DNA of 64,000 nt. It comes from an uncultured delta proteobacterium. GTDB lineage: Bacteria > Desulfobacterota > Binatia > Binatales > Binataceae. Shown one piece after another: positions 38,453-49,363 of the stretch. Location of the stretch: contig CAVXXK010000006.1 in the NCBI GenBank assembly GCA_963765675.1, forward strand, positions 160,001 through 224,000. The letters are read 5' to 3'. A program made the position numbers and the translations under genes. Within the stretch, counting starts at the first letter, position 1. Each line of letters begins with the position of its first letter. The notes below the pieces were generated by a model. The model saw only the letters and a program-made list of their open reading frames with translations, was not told where the DNA came from and searched no databases.

Positions 38453-40300
38453 ATGCGACGACCAGACATCCGAAATCTCGCAATTGTGGCTCACGTTGAC
38501 CACGGCAAGACCACTTTGGTGGACGCGATGCTGCGTCAATCGGGCGTGTTCCGCGCCAACGAGAATGTGCAGGATCGTGTGATGGACTCGTTCGCGCTCG
38601 AGCGCGAACGCGGCATCACGATCATGGCGAAGAATACCTCGATCGTGTGGGGCTCGACGCGGATCAATATCGTCGATACCCCCGGCCATTCCGATTTCGG
38701 CGGCGAGGTCGAACGCACGCTCTCGATGGTTGACGGAATCCTGCTGCTGGTCGATGCGTCCGAAGGTCCGCTGCCGCAGACCCGTTTCGTGCTTAAAAAG
38801 GCGCTCGAAGCCGGGATGACCGCGATCGTCTGCATCAACAAGATCGATCGCGCCGACGCACGCGCGGCCGAGGTCCTCGACGAGGTTTACGATCTCTTCA
38901 TCGACCTCGAGGCGAACGACCAACAGCTTGATTTCCCGGTTTTCTATACCAATGCCCGCACCGGCACGGCGACCAGCAAGCTCGAGGTTCCCGGCGTCAA
39001 CCTGAGTCCGCTGTTCGACGGGATTGTTGAACATCTGCCGGGACCCGAAGTTGATCCGGATGCGACGTTGCAGCTCCAGGTCAACAACTTGGACTACGAC
39101 GACTACGTCGGCCGCCTCGCGATTGGCCGGATGCTCGCGGGCTCGATCGCGGTTGGGCAGAACTATTCGCTATGCCGTCTCGACGGATCGCGGATCACAG
39201 TAAAGATCGCGCATCTGTATAGCTGGCAGGGACTCAAGCGCGTCGAAGCGCAATCGGCGAAAGCGGGCGATATCGTGATTATCGCCGGGCTCGAGGACGT
39301 CGCGATTGGCGAGACGATCGCGGACCTCGAAAACCCGCGTCCGCTCGCGCCGATTCGAATCGACGAACCCACCGTCGCGATGACTTTTTCGGTGAACAAC
39401 TCGCCGTGGGCGGGGCGCGAGGGTGACTACGTTACTTCGCGCAAGCTTGGCGAGCGGCTCGATCTCGAATCGCGGCGCAACGTCAGTATCCGCGTCGAAC
39501 AGCTTTCGCCCGACGCGTGGCGCGTCATGGGGCGCGGCGAGTTGCAGCTCGCCGTGATCGTCGAGACCATGCGCCGCGAGGGCTATGAGCTACAGGTTTC
39601 GAAACCTACCGTGCTCACGCGGCAGTCGGGAGGTCAGGTGCTCGAGCCGATGGAGCTCTTGATGGTCGATATTCCGGAAGAGCATATCGGCGTTGTCACG
39701 CAGTTGCTTTCAGTGCGCAAGGGAAAGATGCGGACGATGGTGACGCATGCGGGCGGCCGCGTCCGGCTCGAGTACGACGTTCCTGCGCGCGGACTTATCG
39801 GCTTTCGCGGAAAATTCCTCGAGAATACGCGCGGCAGCGGCGTGATGAATTCACTCTTCAATGGCTACGCGCCGTGGGCCGGGCCGATTCTTTCGCGCGC
39901 GAACGGCGCGATGGTTTCCGACCGCGAAGGAGTGGCGACCGCCTATGCGATCTTCCATCTGCAAGAGCGCGGACGCTTTTTCATTTCGCCCGGACAGCCG
40001 GTTTACGAAGGAATGATTCTGGGGGAGTACTCGCGCGAGATAAATCTTCCGGTCAACGTGTGCCGCGAGAAGAAGCTTTCGAACATGCGCGCGACCGGGC
40101 ATGACGAAGCGGTGCGAATCTCGCCGGCTCGTCCGATGACGCTCGACCTCGCGCTCGAATGGATCGACGAGGAAGAGCTGGTCGAGGTTACGCCCAAGTC
40201 GGTTCGCATGCGCAATCGCGTCCTCAAGACCGCGCTGCGCAACAAGCATCGCGCCGGGTTTTCAGAAACGGCCGGTGAGGAAATGGCCGAGGGCGACTAG
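38453..40300 (+). CDS. typA: Translational GTPase TypA/BipA
   Basis: AHVDHGKTT, ERERGITI, DTPGHSDFGGEVER, GRGELQL, LVEVTP. Confidence 0.97.
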   Translation: MRRPDIRNLAIVAHVDHGKTTLVDAMLRQSGVFRANENVQDRVMDSFALERERGITIMAKNTSIVWGSTRINIVDTPGHSDFGGEVERTLSMVDGILLLVDASEGPLPQTRFVLKKALEAGMTAIVCINKIDRADARAAEVLDEVYDLFIDLEANDQQLDFPVFYTNARTGTATSKLEVPGVNLSPLFDGIVEHLPGPEVDPDATLQLQVNNLDYDDYVGRLAIGRMLAGSIAVGQNYSLCRLDGSRITVKIAHLYSWQGLKRVEAQSAKAGDIVIIAGLEDVAIGETIADLENPRPLAPIRIDEPTVAMTFSVNNSPWAGREGDYVTSRKLGERLDLESRRNVSIRVEQLSPDAWRVMGRGELQLAVIVETMRREGYELQVSKPTVLTRQSGGQVLEPMELLMVDIPEEHIGVVTQLLSVRKGKMRTMVTHAGGRVRLEYDVPARGLIGFRGKFLENTRGSGVMNSLFNGYAPWAGPILSRANGAMVSDREGVATAYAIFHLQERGRFFISPGQPVYEGMILGEYSREINLPVNVCREKKLSNMRATGHDEAVRISPARPMTLDLALEWIDEEELVEVTPKSVRMRNRVLKTALRNKHRAGFSETAGEEMAEGD

Positions 40301-40366
40301 CCGCGGCTTGCGCCAGCTATCCGCCCGCCCTAGTCAGGCGCACGATCAAGGCCCCAGCGGGCAAGA

Positions 40367-43300
40367 ATGCGAATCCTGCGGCTCGGCGCGATTGTTTTCC
40401 TCTCGATAGTGGTCCTTCTGGCCGCGGGCGCGGTCGGCGTCTATCTGAACCGCGCGCAACTGGTTGAGGCGATGCTGACGGCGGTGAAGAACCGCACCGG
40501 CATCCAAATCGTCGCCAGCGCCTCGCACATTCATTTGCGGAATCATCTTGTGATCGAGCTCGACGATCCGCACGCGGTCAGCGGATCGCATGAACTCGTC
40601 AAGCTCTCGCGAGTCGAAGCGACCATCAGCTACCACGCGCTGCTATTCTCGCACGGATTGCCGCTTTACGGCCTCACCCTTGAGAATCCCGACATAACCG
40701 TCCCGATGAGCTCCTCTGAGCTCGCCCAAGTGCCGTTGCCGCGCCCCGGCGCTGAAGCGGTGCAGGGTCTGCTCATTCCGCTACACGATCTTGGCAACGT
40801 CGCATGGCGGATCGAGATCACCAACGCCACGGTTCGCGACGCGTCGGGGATCGCGGTGGTCGATCGGGTCGGGATGACGGCGTATCGAAAGCGCTGGGAT
40901 TCCGCCGTCTGGCACGTAGCATTCGACGCGCGGTTGGTGCGCGAGCCGTTGGCGGGCCTGCGAATAGCAGGGCATCTGCGCGGAGGAATCGGGCGCGAAA
41001 CCGCGCCGCACCAGGTCGCAAGCGGCACGGTGATGTATTGGGACGCGCGACTCGGACCGCTCACGGCGGCCGGAGCGCTGCACGCCGAAGGGGAGAGCGC
41101 GGGAAAGTTCGACTTCGCGCTTGGTGATGACGGCACCGCCACCGGCAACGGCGACATGAGCTTCAAAGGCCTGACTCTCACGGGCAGGGACCTCACCGGT
41201 CCCGACCGGCTCGGCGGATACTCTGTCAGCATGAACTTCTCGGCGTCGGCCGAATCCTCGATCCTGGATCGAGTGGTCGTCAATCATGCAGGCAAGGAAC
41301 TTTTCTCGGGCAACGCCGAGGTTACCGATCCATTCGGCAAGGATCCCGAGGTCAGGATTCATGTCGGCGGGATCGCGGTGGATGCGGTCGGGGTTCGCGC
41401 TCAGCTCAAACGCATTCGAGAGGTGCCAGGCTCGGTCAGCGCCGCGCTCGATCAGGTTAGCGCGGCAAATCTGTCGCTTGCCTCCGCCGATTTTACCACT
41501 TCCGTCGCGAAGTTCAGGTTGAACCCGCTCGATTCGGTTCGCGACGGGCTGCAATTTTCAGCCGTGCTTTCGCGCGCGGCGTTTCCATTGCCGGCAGATC
41601 TGCGCCTGCCGCCGGTATCCAATCTCGTCGTCGCGCTGAATTATTCGGGCGGCGTTCTGAACGCGAGCCAGGGTTCCGCAACTCTGGGACGCTCCCAGTT
41701 GAGCGATATCGCGGTGCGGCTGGGACTCGCTGGCGGACTGAGCCGGATTCCGTACCGGCTCGCGTTCAAGGCCGACGCCGATGTGGCGGAACTTTACGCC
41801 GCCGAGATGCGCGCGATGGAGGCGCTGAAGTTCGAGGCGCGCAAACGCCTCGCGTCCGTCGGCGGCAGAATCGGAATCACTTTCAATGCGGAGGGCATGC
41901 TTCTCCCCGACCGGCCGGCGCCTCCCGACAAGTATCTGGTGCGCCTCGAAGCCAATCGGCTGGTGCTCACCGTAAAGGGCACGCCGGCGCCGGTCGAGTT
42001 TCGCCGCGGCGTTATCACGATCGAACCCGGCGTGCTCACGCTCGATCACGTCGCAGTCGCGACCACCGGGGGCGACGGCACGGTCAACGGCGTTCTGGGC
42101 TTCGACCGCAACGGCGCAATCATCCGCAAACTGACAATCGATATTCATCAGATGGAGGCCGGACTGTGGCTCGCGTTGGTGGTCGATCCAACCGACCTTC
42201 AGATAACCGGGCCGATCGGCGGCAAAGTCGAGCTGCACGACGATCCCGCGCGCCGCGGCGACCTGGTCGCCAACGGCAGGTTCGTGCTCAGCAAGGGCGA
42301 GGTGAAGTTTGGTTTCATGCGCTCCCCGATGCTGGTGCAGGGGACCACGATCACTTTTACCCGGCGCACGATGCAGGTCGCGATGCCGGCGTCGACGCTC
42401 GAGGGACAGCCGCTCGCCTTTTCGATGTCGATCGCGGACCTCGAGCATCCTGTGCTCCGCATCGACGCCAACGCGCAGGAACTCGACTTCGAGGTTTTGA
42501 AGTTCATCCGGATGCCGTGGTCGCCGTCGACGCCGCCGACGCATTTCCCTTTGCCGGTCAGGGGCCGCGTTCAAGTTGCCAAGGGCCATCTCGGCGTTTT
42601 TCCGATGACCAATATCCGCACTGATTTCAGCTACGATCACGGCGATTGGCGGGTGTGGAATTTCACCGCCAATTCGTTCCACGGAGTGATCAACCTCGAC
42701 ATCAACGGACGCCAGAAGGACGACTGGATTCGGATCAAAGGCAAGGTCGTCGATATCGATTCCGCGCCGCTCTTCATGCTCTCGGGCAAGCGCAAGGAAT
42801 CACCGGTGCTGGGCAAGATGTCGGTGGCTGTGGACCTGTGGGCCGACACCAATTCCGATTTCTTTCAGACGCTGGCCGGCAAGATCGCACTGACCATGCG
42901 CAACGGCACGATCAATCACTTCACGGTGATCTCGCGGATGCTCGCGATGATCGATCTCAAGAGCTGGCTCACCGCGAATATACCCAATCCCACCGTCTCC
43001 GGTCTTCCGTTCGACAACATCTTCGTCGATCTCAAGGGCGTGCGCGGCGTGTTCTGGACCGACCAATTCGCGATCCAGGGGCCGGTCATGACGATCACCG
43101 CCAATGGCAGTCTGGACCTTGCGCAGAACACGATGGACATGAGCTTCGCGGTGTATCCATTCAACACGGTCAACTGGCTGGTCAGCAAAATCCCCGTGAT
43201 CGGCACAAACGTGGCAGGTGGGACCAACGAGGTAATCGCGGCGTACATGCATGTCTATGGTCCGACCGACAATCCGTCGATCGTGCCGATGCCGATTCAT

Positions 43301-43372
43301 TCGGTCACCGAATTGGTGAAAAAGACCCTCGGCATTCCGATCAACATCATCCGTCCCAACACCATCAAGTGA
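40367..43372 (+). CDS. AsmA-like/YhdP-type envelope protein
   Basis: N-terminal TM anchor, long beta-rich body, AsmA_2-like C-terminus (GLPFD...SKIPVIG...VYGPTDNP). Confidence 0.75.
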   Translation: MRILRLGAIVFLSIVVLLAAGAVGVYLNRAQLVEAMLTAVKNRTGIQIVASASHIHLRNHLVIELDDPHAVSGSHELVKLSRVEATISYHALLFSHGLPLYGLTLENPDITVPMSSSELAQVPLPRPGAEAVQGLLIPLHDLGNVAWRIEITNATVRDASGIAVVDRVGMTAYRKRWDSAVWHVAFDARLVREPLAGLRIAGHLRGGIGRETAPHQVASGTVMYWDARLGPLTAAGALHAEGESAGKFDFALGDDGTATGNGDMSFKGLTLTGRDLTGPDRLGGYSVSMNFSASAESSILDRVVVNHAGKELFSGNAEVTDPFGKDPEVRIHVGGIAVDAVGVRAQLKRIREVPGSVSAALDQVSAANLSLASADFTTSVAKFRLNPLDSVRDGLQFSAVLSRAAFPLPADLRLPPVSNLVVALNYSGGVLNASQGSATLGRSQLSDIAVRLGLAGGLSRIPYRLAFKADADVAELYAAEMRAMEALKFEARKRLASVGGRIGITFNAEGMLLPDRPAPPDKYLVRLEANRLVLTVKGTPAPVEFRRGVITIEPGVLTLDHVAVATTGGDGTVNGVLGFDRNGAIIRKLTIDIHQMEAGLWLALVVDPTDLQITGPIGGKVELHDDPARRGDLVANGRFVLSKGEVKFGFMRSPMLVQGTTITFTRRTMQVAMPASTLEGQPLAFSMSIADLEHPVLRIDANAQELDFEVLKFIRMPWSPSTPPTHFPLPVRGRVQVAKGHLGVFPMTNIRTDFSYDHGDWRVWNFTANSFHGVINLDINGRQKDDWIRIKGKVVDIDSAPLFMLSGKRKESPVLGKMSVAVDLWADTNSDFFQTLAGKIALTMRNGTINHFTVISRMLAMIDLKSWLTANIPNPTVSGLPFDNIFVDLKGVRGVFWTDQFAIQGPVMTITANGSLDLAQNTMDMSFAVYPFNTVNWLVSKIPVIGTNVAGGTNEVIAAYMHVYGPTDNPSIVPMPIHSVTELVKKTLGIPINIIRPNTIK

Positions 43373-43451
43373 ACGCCGGCTCAATGGTGCTCGGCTTGGA
43401 CTGCCTTTAGTTCGCGGATAAAGTGGAGCGGACCCGGCCGGATTGGACGAA

Positions 43452-43724
43452 ATGATCGAGCTTATCCTGTACACACGGCGCGATTGCGAGCTCTGCCACG
43501 AGATGGAAGAGGTGCTCGACGCCGAGCTGCCGCGCTTCGACGCGCGCCTCGAGCGGGTCGAGATCGACGGCCGGCCAGAGCTCGAAACGCTCCACGGACA
43601 GGAAGTTCCGGTGCTGTTTATCAACCGGCGCAAGGCGTTCAAGTTTCGATGCACGGCGCGCGAATTCAGAAAGCGGATGCTGCGGGAAATCCGGCGCGAC
43701 CTCGGGCCCGACGTTCAGAAATGA
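43452..43724 (+). CDS. Glutaredoxin-like (DUF836) protein
   Basis: LYTRRDCELC, VPVLFIN. Confidence 0.82.
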   Translation: MIELILYTRRDCELCHEMEEVLDAELPRFDARLERVEIDGRPELETLHGQEVPVLFINRRKAFKFRCTAREFRKRMLREIRRDLGPDVQK

Positions 43725-44086
43725 TTGCGATGCGATCGGCAGGCTCGGCAAAAGTTGTGCTCTCGACCGCCGCGTCCGTTGCGCAGGCGGAGCCGATAGC
43801 GCGTGCTCTGATCGAAGAGCGTCTGGCGGCGTGCGTCAATATCGTAGGACCGGTTCGTTCGATCTATCGATGGCAGGGCCGGATCGAACGCGACCGCGAG
43901 GTTATGATGGTCATCAAAACGCGCGCCGCGTTGCTGAAAAGGCTCGAACGCCGCGTGCGCGAGCTGCATCCCTATGAGGTTCCCGAATTGCTGGTGCTCG
44001 ACGTCGCAAGCGGCTCGGCGCCGTATCTCGACTGGCTACTTGCGGCAACCGGCGCGGCCTCGGTCGTCGCTAAGGCTAAACGATGA
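43721..44086 (+). CDS. cutA: Divalent-cation tolerance protein CutA
   Basis: RLAACVN, SIYRWQG, HPYEVPE, YLDWL; ATGA overlap. Confidence 0.92.
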   Translation: MIAMRSAGSAKVVLSTAASVAQAEPIARALIEERLAACVNIVGPVRSIYRWQGRIERDREVMMVIKTRAALLKRLERRVRELHPYEVPELLVLDVASGSAPYLDWLLAATGAASVVAKAKR

Positions 44087-45123
44087 TCAGGGTCGCAATC
44101 TCCGGGGCTGGCGCGATCGCCGAGCGTGCGCATATTCCCGCGTTTTTGAGCGCGGGCGATTTCCGGATCGTCGCGCTGCAGAGCCGCACGCTCGAAAAAG
44201 CTCGCCGGGTCGCCGAGACCATTTGGACTGACGCCAATGCGCGGCCCGCGGTCTACGATGATTTCCCGGCGATGCTCGCGCGCGAAAAGCCCGATGCGGT
44301 CGCGATCCTGACTCCAAACCATTTGCACTGCGAATACGCGCTTGCCGCTATCGCCATGGGCGCGCATGTGCTGTGCGAAAAACCGATGGCGCCAAATGCC
44401 GCCGACGCACGGCGAATGGTCGAGGCTGCGCGAGGAGCAGGGCGCGTGCTGATGGTCTCGATGCAAAGGCGCTACGGAGCGATCGAAGCCACGGTCAAGC
44501 GCGCGCTCGATGCCGGTGCGATCGGCAGGCCGCATTTCATCCGCGCACGCCTGTCGCACGCGGGCCCGGAAGGATGGGCGCCGGGGCAGCGATGGTTCAC
44601 CACCGCGAGCCAATCGGGCGGCGGCGCGATGCTCGATCTCGGCGTCCATATTGCCGATCTGGCAATCTGGTATCTCGGCGCGGTCGCGGCGGTCGATGGA
44701 CAAGTCGCTACGCTCGGCAAGCAGATCGACGTCGAGGACACCGGCGTCGCGATTTTGCGCTTCCGCTCGGGCGCGCTCGGAGTGATCGAGGCGAGTTGGA
44801 GCAGCAATCCCGGACTTTCTGCGATCGAGATTTACGGCAGCGCCGGCAGGGTGATGATGGGCTATCCGCGCAACGATATTTCGATCCTGCGCGCCGACGG
44901 CACCGAGGCTCCCGGCTACAGCCGCGCCGAAATCATGGCGGCGTTCAACTCACACGATCTACTGGCGCCGTTTCGCGCGCTCGCGGACAATTTTGCCGAA
45001 GCGATAGCAAGACGCGCCGCACCTTATCCTGACGGCGCCGACGGCCTGCGCGCGGTCGAGGTGATCGACGCCTGCTATCGTTCGGCGCGTATCGGCGCGC
45101 GCGTCGAGTTGCCGCCAGAATGA
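44083..45123 (+). CDS. Gfo/Idh/MocA oxidoreductase
   Basis: GAGAIA, HVLCEKPM, GGGAMLDLGVH. Confidence 0.92.
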   Translation: MIRVAISGAGAIAERAHIPAFLSAGDFRIVALQSRTLEKARRVAETIWTDANARPAVYDDFPAMLAREKPDAVAILTPNHLHCEYALAAIAMGAHVLCEKPMAPNAADARRMVEAARGAGRVLMVSMQRRYGAIEATVKRALDAGAIGRPHFIRARLSHAGPEGWAPGQRWFTTASQSGGGAMLDLGVHIADLAIWYLGAVAAVDGQVATLGKQIDVEDTGVAILRFRSGALGVIEASWSSNPGLSAIEIYGSAGRVMMGYPRNDISILRADGTEAPGYSRAEIMAAFNSHDLLAPFRALADNFAEAIARRAAPYPDGADGLRAVEVIDACYRSARIGARVELPPE

Positions 45124-46271
45124 TCGAGATGATTCGCAAGCAGAAAGCGCCGCGACTTTCCGGCAATGGGAGACCTGGCCCGAGGCTCAATCCGATGTTC
45201 CGCAGTTCGATCGACAAGATGGCGGCGTACACGCCGGGCGAGCAGCCGCGCGCCGGCGAGCGCCTGATCAAGCTCAACACCAACGAGAATCCATACCCGC
45301 CTTCGCCGAAGGTGCGCCGCGCAGTCGAGCGCTCCGCGCGCAACGGGTTGCGGCTCTATCCCGCGCCTCGAGGCGACGAATTTATCGCCGAGGCTGCGCG
45401 CCTCTACCGCGTGCCGCGCGAGATGATCCTCGCCGGCAATGGTTCCGACGAGCTGCTCGCGATGGTCTTCAGGGCCGCGCTCGGCCAGGGCGACAGGGTT
45501 GCCTACCCGGTGCCGACCTATTCGCTGTACGACACGCTCGCCGAGGTCCAGGAGGCGCGGGTGGTGAGGATTCCGTTCGGCGCCGATTTCGCGCTTCCGT
45601 TAAAGGAGCTGGCGCAGGCTCGTGCGCGGCTGACGATCGTCTGCAATCCAAATTCACCCTCGGGAAGCTTCACCCCGATCGCGAAGCTCGGCGCGCTCGC
45701 AAGCGCGCTCGAAGGACGGCTGCTGGTCGTCGATGAGGCCTACGTCGATTTCGCCAGGGATAACGCGCTGCGGCTTTTGCAGCGTCATCCGAACCTGGTG
45801 ATTTTTCGCACGCTGTCGAAATCGTACTCGCTGGCGGGAATGCGCCTGGGCCTGTGCTTCGCGCATCCGCCGGTGATAGATGCGCTGCTCAAGGTCAAAG
45901 ACTCCTACAACCTGAGCCGCATCTCGCTGGCTGCCGGAGCCGCCGCGCTCGGCGACGAGGCCTGGATGCGGCGGAATCTGGAGCGCGTGAAGGCGACGCG
46001 CGCGGAGGCTACGATGCGGTTGCGCAAGCTCGGCTTCGCGGTTGCGCCGTCGGAGGCGAACTTCCTGCTTGCGCGAATTGCGGGGCGCGATCTCGCCCCT
46101 GTCGCGCGTGGACTCAGGCAGGCGGGAATCCTGGTGCGGCATTTCGCGACGCCGATGCTGCGCGACGCGCTCAGGATCTCAATTGGCACTCCGGCCGAGA
46201 TGCGTGCGCTGTTTCGCGCGCTGGCGCCGCTGTTAACAGCAGAGTCCACCGGCGCGCGCCGTCGGCGATGA
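45120..46271 (+). CDS. hisC: Histidinol-phosphate aminotransferase
   Basis: KLNTNENPYPP, GNGSDE, NPNSP, DEAY, RTLSKSYSLAGMRLG. Start may be later (MFRSS). Confidence 0.92.
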   Translation: MIEMIRKQKAPRLSGNGRPGPRLNPMFRSSIDKMAAYTPGEQPRAGERLIKLNTNENPYPPSPKVRRAVERSARNGLRLYPAPRGDEFIAEAARLYRVPREMILAGNGSDELLAMVFRAALGQGDRVAYPVPTYSLYDTLAEVQEARVVRIPFGADFALPLKELAQARARLTIVCNPNSPSGSFTPIAKLGALASALEGRLLVVDEAYVDFARDNALRLLQRHPNLVIFRTLSKSYSLAGMRLGLCFAHPPVIDALLKVKDSYNLSRISLAAGAAALGDEAWMRRNLERVKATRAEATMRLRKLGFAVAPSEANFLLARIAGRDLAPVARGLRQAGILVRHFATPMLRDALRISIGTPAEMRALFRALAPLLTAESTGARRRR

Positions 46272-46921
46272 GCAAGCTCGGAAAGCTGTTCGGCGGCTTT
46301 CGCAGGCAGAAACGTTCTTCCACCGACGGATCTGAGCAGCCCCGAGCCGCGATCGAATGGGTGGTCGCGGGTCTTGGCAATCCGGGCGGTGACTACGCAC
46401 GCTCGCGCCACAATGTCGGCTTCATGACGCTCGAGCGCCTGGCGCGCGCCAGGAACGTGGAACTCAGCCGCCGGCGCTTCTCGGGCGTCACCGCCGAAAC
46501 CGAGCTCGCCGGCCACCGCGCGATCCTGGTCGAGCCGGAGACGTTCTACAACGCCGCTGGCGAATGCGTCGCCGCCATTCTCGGATACTTTAAAATTCCT
46601 CCGACGAATCTGATCGTCATCCACGACGAGATGGATCTCGAAGCGCAGCGTCTGCGGATCAAGCAGGGCGGCGGCGACGCCGGGAACCGCGGCGTCCGCT
46701 CGATCGCGGAGTCGCTCGGCAGCCCGGATTTTATCCGCGTGCGGATAGGTCTCGGCCGTCCTGCCGAAGGCGACGATCCGCGCGACTACCTGCTGCGTCC
46801 GATGCGCGCGGCCGAGCTCGAGACGTTCGCGAAAGCGCTGGCGCGCGCAGCCGAGGCGGTCGAGGCGATAATCGCAGAGGGACTGGAGCGCGCGATGGGC
46901 CGGTACAATCAACGCGTCTAA
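46268..46921 (+). CDS. pth: Peptidyl-tRNA hydrolase
   Basis: GLGNPG...SRHNVGF, IHDEMDL, GGGDAGNRG, RVRIGLGRP. Confidence 0.93.
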   Translation: MSKLGKLFGGFRRQKRSSTDGSEQPRAAIEWVVAGLGNPGGDYARSRHNVGFMTLERLARARNVELSRRRFSGVTAETELAGHRAILVEPETFYNAAGECVAAILGYFKIPPTNLIVIHDEMDLEAQRLRIKQGGGDAGNRGVRSIAESLGSPDFIRVRIGLGRPAEGDDPRDYLLRPMRAAELETFAKALARAAEAVEAIIAEGLERAMGRYNQRV

Positions 46922-46939
46922 ACGGGCAGCCGCCCTCTT

Positions 46940-47045
46940 TGTTTATCTCAACATATTGTAGGAATATTAATATAAGCGGTAAGTTAACTAATAGATATTT
47001 AATATGTCTAAGAGTTGACAGCCATGCTACTCTGCGCTACGTATG
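46940..47045 (+). promoter_or_regulatory. AT-rich promoter region with TTGACA
   Basis: Sharp AT-rich tract in a GC-rich background; TTGACA at 47015-47020; -10 element not canonical. Confidence 0.45.
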
Positions 47046-47145
47046 CATCAAAGGGCGAGCCGCCCGGCGATGACGGCCGCCGCGTTCTGGTTCAGATGCC
47101 GCGACGCTTTAGCTGCGCGGCCGCGAACCAGAAAAAGGGGAGCGC

Positions 47146-47592
47146 ATGAATCGCGAATTCAGTCCTCGGTTCAGGTCGGCTGCCGAAGCGCTGCGGTTCT
47201 TTTTCCGGATTAGCGCGTTGCTCTACGGTAATCCTGGCGACACTCACGGATGGCACACGACTCGAAGCGAGCTCGGGCGCCAGCCGGGAGCGCTTGGCGA
47301 TTACTTGCGGATCGGCTCATGCGTCGGCGATCTCAACGAGGTTCAATTCCTGGTGCTGGGCGAATTCTACGGGCCCACCTGTTTTGCGTCGCGGACACAA
47401 CCGGGCGCTTGCGGTATGGGCCGCCGAGTCTTTCGCGAGTTCGCACTTACGCGCCGGCGAGCTGCGACGCTCCAGGTTTTGCGTGCGCGTCTGCGCCAAC
47501 GCCGGTTGGTGACATCGGCTCCTGCTCAGCGACGGGGCCAATTCGCACGTTCGCCTGGAACTTCGCACGGTCCCGATCACGAAAAGCCGTAG
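47146..47592 (+). CDS. Hypothetical protein
   Basis: GGGGAG RBS before ATG; 148 aa. Confidence 0.55.
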   Translation: MNREFSPRFRSAAEALRFFFRISALLYGNPGDTHGWHTTRSELGRQPGALGDYLRIGSCVGDLNEVQFLVLGEFYGPTCFASRTQPGACGMGRRVFREFALTRRRAATLQVLRARLRQRRLVTSAPAQRRGQFARSPGTSHGPDHEKP

Positions 47593-47686
47593 CGATCGCC
47601 TGAGGCGATCCGCAGTCTGCTCGTGCGTGCGAGGTTTTTGATCGGAACCGGGTTTCCGGTACGCTGATGGTCCGAAGAACAGGACC

Positions 47687-48889
47687 GTGAGCGGAACCGC
47701 GAAAAAGGATACTGGCGACAGCGCCGTGCGCGCGCGCGCACTAGAGTGCGGCACCGTGGAAGTCATTTCTCCGGCCGAACTCGCGGCCAAGCTCGATCTC
47801 GGACGGCCGCTGCGGATAAAGCTCGGAATGGATCCGACCGCGCCGGACCTGCATCTGGGGCACACGCTGACGCTCAAGAAACTGCGCGCCTTCCAGAACG
47901 ACGGCCATACCGTGATTTTCCTCGTCGGTGATTTCACCGCGATGATCGGGGACCCTACCGGTCGTTCGGAGACGCGCAAGCCGCTTAGCCGCGAGGAGAT
48001 TTCGGCCAACGCCGAGACCTACCGCTCGCAGGCATTCAAGATTCTCGATCCCGATCGCACCGAAGTCCGTTTTAACAGCGAATGGATGGGCGAGATGGGC
48101 GTCAGCCGGCTGATCCAGCTCGCGGCCAAGCAGAGCGTGGCGCGGCTGCTCGAGCGCGACGATTTCGAAAACCGGCTCGAAGCGAAAGAGCCGCTCTTTC
48201 TGCACGAATTGCTGTACCCGCTTATCCAGGGTTACGACTCGGTCGCGCTGGGCGCCGATGTTGAGATTGGCGGCACCGATCAGAAATTCAATCTGCTGGT
48301 CGGCCGCGACCTGCAGCGCTCGATGGGCCAGGAACCGCAAGTCGTGATGACGATGCCGCTGCTCGAGGGGCTCGACGGCGTGCGTAAGATGTCCAAGTCA
48401 CTGGGCAACTACGTCGGAATCTCCGAGCCGGCCGACGAGATGTTCGGCAAGCTCATGTCGGTTCCGGATACGCTGATGCTCCGATACTACGAGCTTCTGA
48501 CCGACACGCCGCCCGCCGAGATCGAGAAGATTCGCACCCATGCGATTCATCCGATGGAAGCCAAGAAGCGTCTGGCCGCGTTGATCGTCACCGAGTATCA
48601 CGACGCCGATGCGGCCCGCGCGGCGCGAGAACATTTTGAATCGAAGTTCCAGCGCGGTGAGGTTCCAGAGAATGCGCCGGTGTATCGAATCGCAAACGAC
48701 ATCTGGATCTGCGAGCTGATCAAGCAGATCAAGTTTGCGCCCTCGACCAACGAGGCGCGCCGCCTGCTCGGCCAGGGCGCGGTGCGCGTGGACGGCAAAG
48801 TCATCAGCGATATCAACTTCAGAATTGTTCCGGGCGAGCACAAGGTGCTCGAAGTCGGCAAGCGCCGGGTGGCGAAGATCGAATCGTGA
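47687..48889 (+). CDS. tyrS: Tyrosine--tRNA ligase
   Basis: [27 protein letters not shown]-terminal S4 domain. Confidence 0.97.
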   Translation: MSGTAKKDTGDSAVRARALECGTVEVISPAELAAKLDLGRPLRIKLGMDPTAPDLHLGHTLTLKKLRAFQNDGHTVIFLVGDFTAMIGDPTGRSETRKPLSREEISANAETYRSQAFKILDPDRTEVRFNSEWMGEMGVSRLIQLAAKQSVARLLERDDFENRLEAKEPLFLHELLYPLIQGYDSVALGADVEIGGTDQKFNLLVGRDLQRSMGQEPQVVMTMPLLEGLDGVRKMSKSLGNYVGISEPADEMFGKLMSVPDTLMLRYYELLTDTPPAEIEKIRTHAIHPMEAKKRLAALIVTEYHDADAARAAREHFESKFQRGEVPENAPVYRIANDIWICELIKQIKFAPSTNEARRLLGQGAVRVDGKVISDINFRIVPGEHKVLEVGKRRVAKIES

Positions 48890-48910
48890 TTGTGCTGTGA
48901 CGCGCTTCGG

Positions 48911-49174
48911 CTAGTCCTTGCGTTCTGATTCGGCCGCCGCGACTGCTTCGCGCAGCTTTTTCATCGTGCGGTCGAGCGCCTTCAGGTAGCCCTGCTTGGT
49001 CCAGGTCTGCTTGGTCCGCATCTTGAGCCATCCGAGCTTGACCGCGTCGGGCTTGTTGCCCATCTCTCCGGTCGAGACTTCGATGATCGCGCGCTCTTCG
49101 GTCGTAAGCGTGGCAAGAACCTCGCGCTTGAGGTTCTGCAGGAAGCCGGCCTTGAGATCGATGTCGATTTTCAT
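48911..49174 (-). CDS. Small hypothetical protein
   Basis: 87-aa ORF with protein-like composition and GC3 bias. Confidence 0.65.
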   Translation of the reverse strand: MKIDIDLKAGFLQNLKREVLATLTTEERAIIEVSTGEMGNKPDAVKLGWLKMRTKQTWTKQGYLKALDRTMKKLREAVAAAESERKD

Positions 49175-49363
49175 TGCGGACCACCGCGAAGTCGTCCTGC
49201 CACAATCTATAAGGCGAGGTTAGACGATGCGCCGCGTGCGCTCAAGCCGTTTTGTTTGCAGGACGCGCGAGAAGAGCGATCTGCGCGGACCGTCGATACG
49301 GCAGCGAAAACGCAAACGACGGCGCGCCCCTAGGAAGCCGGCGGCGCGCCGTCGACGGTGAGC

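Noticed and set aside
46940-47020. AT-rich tract as an oriC unwinding element
   Set aside because: No recognisable DnaA boxes and no dnaA/parAB genes nearby.
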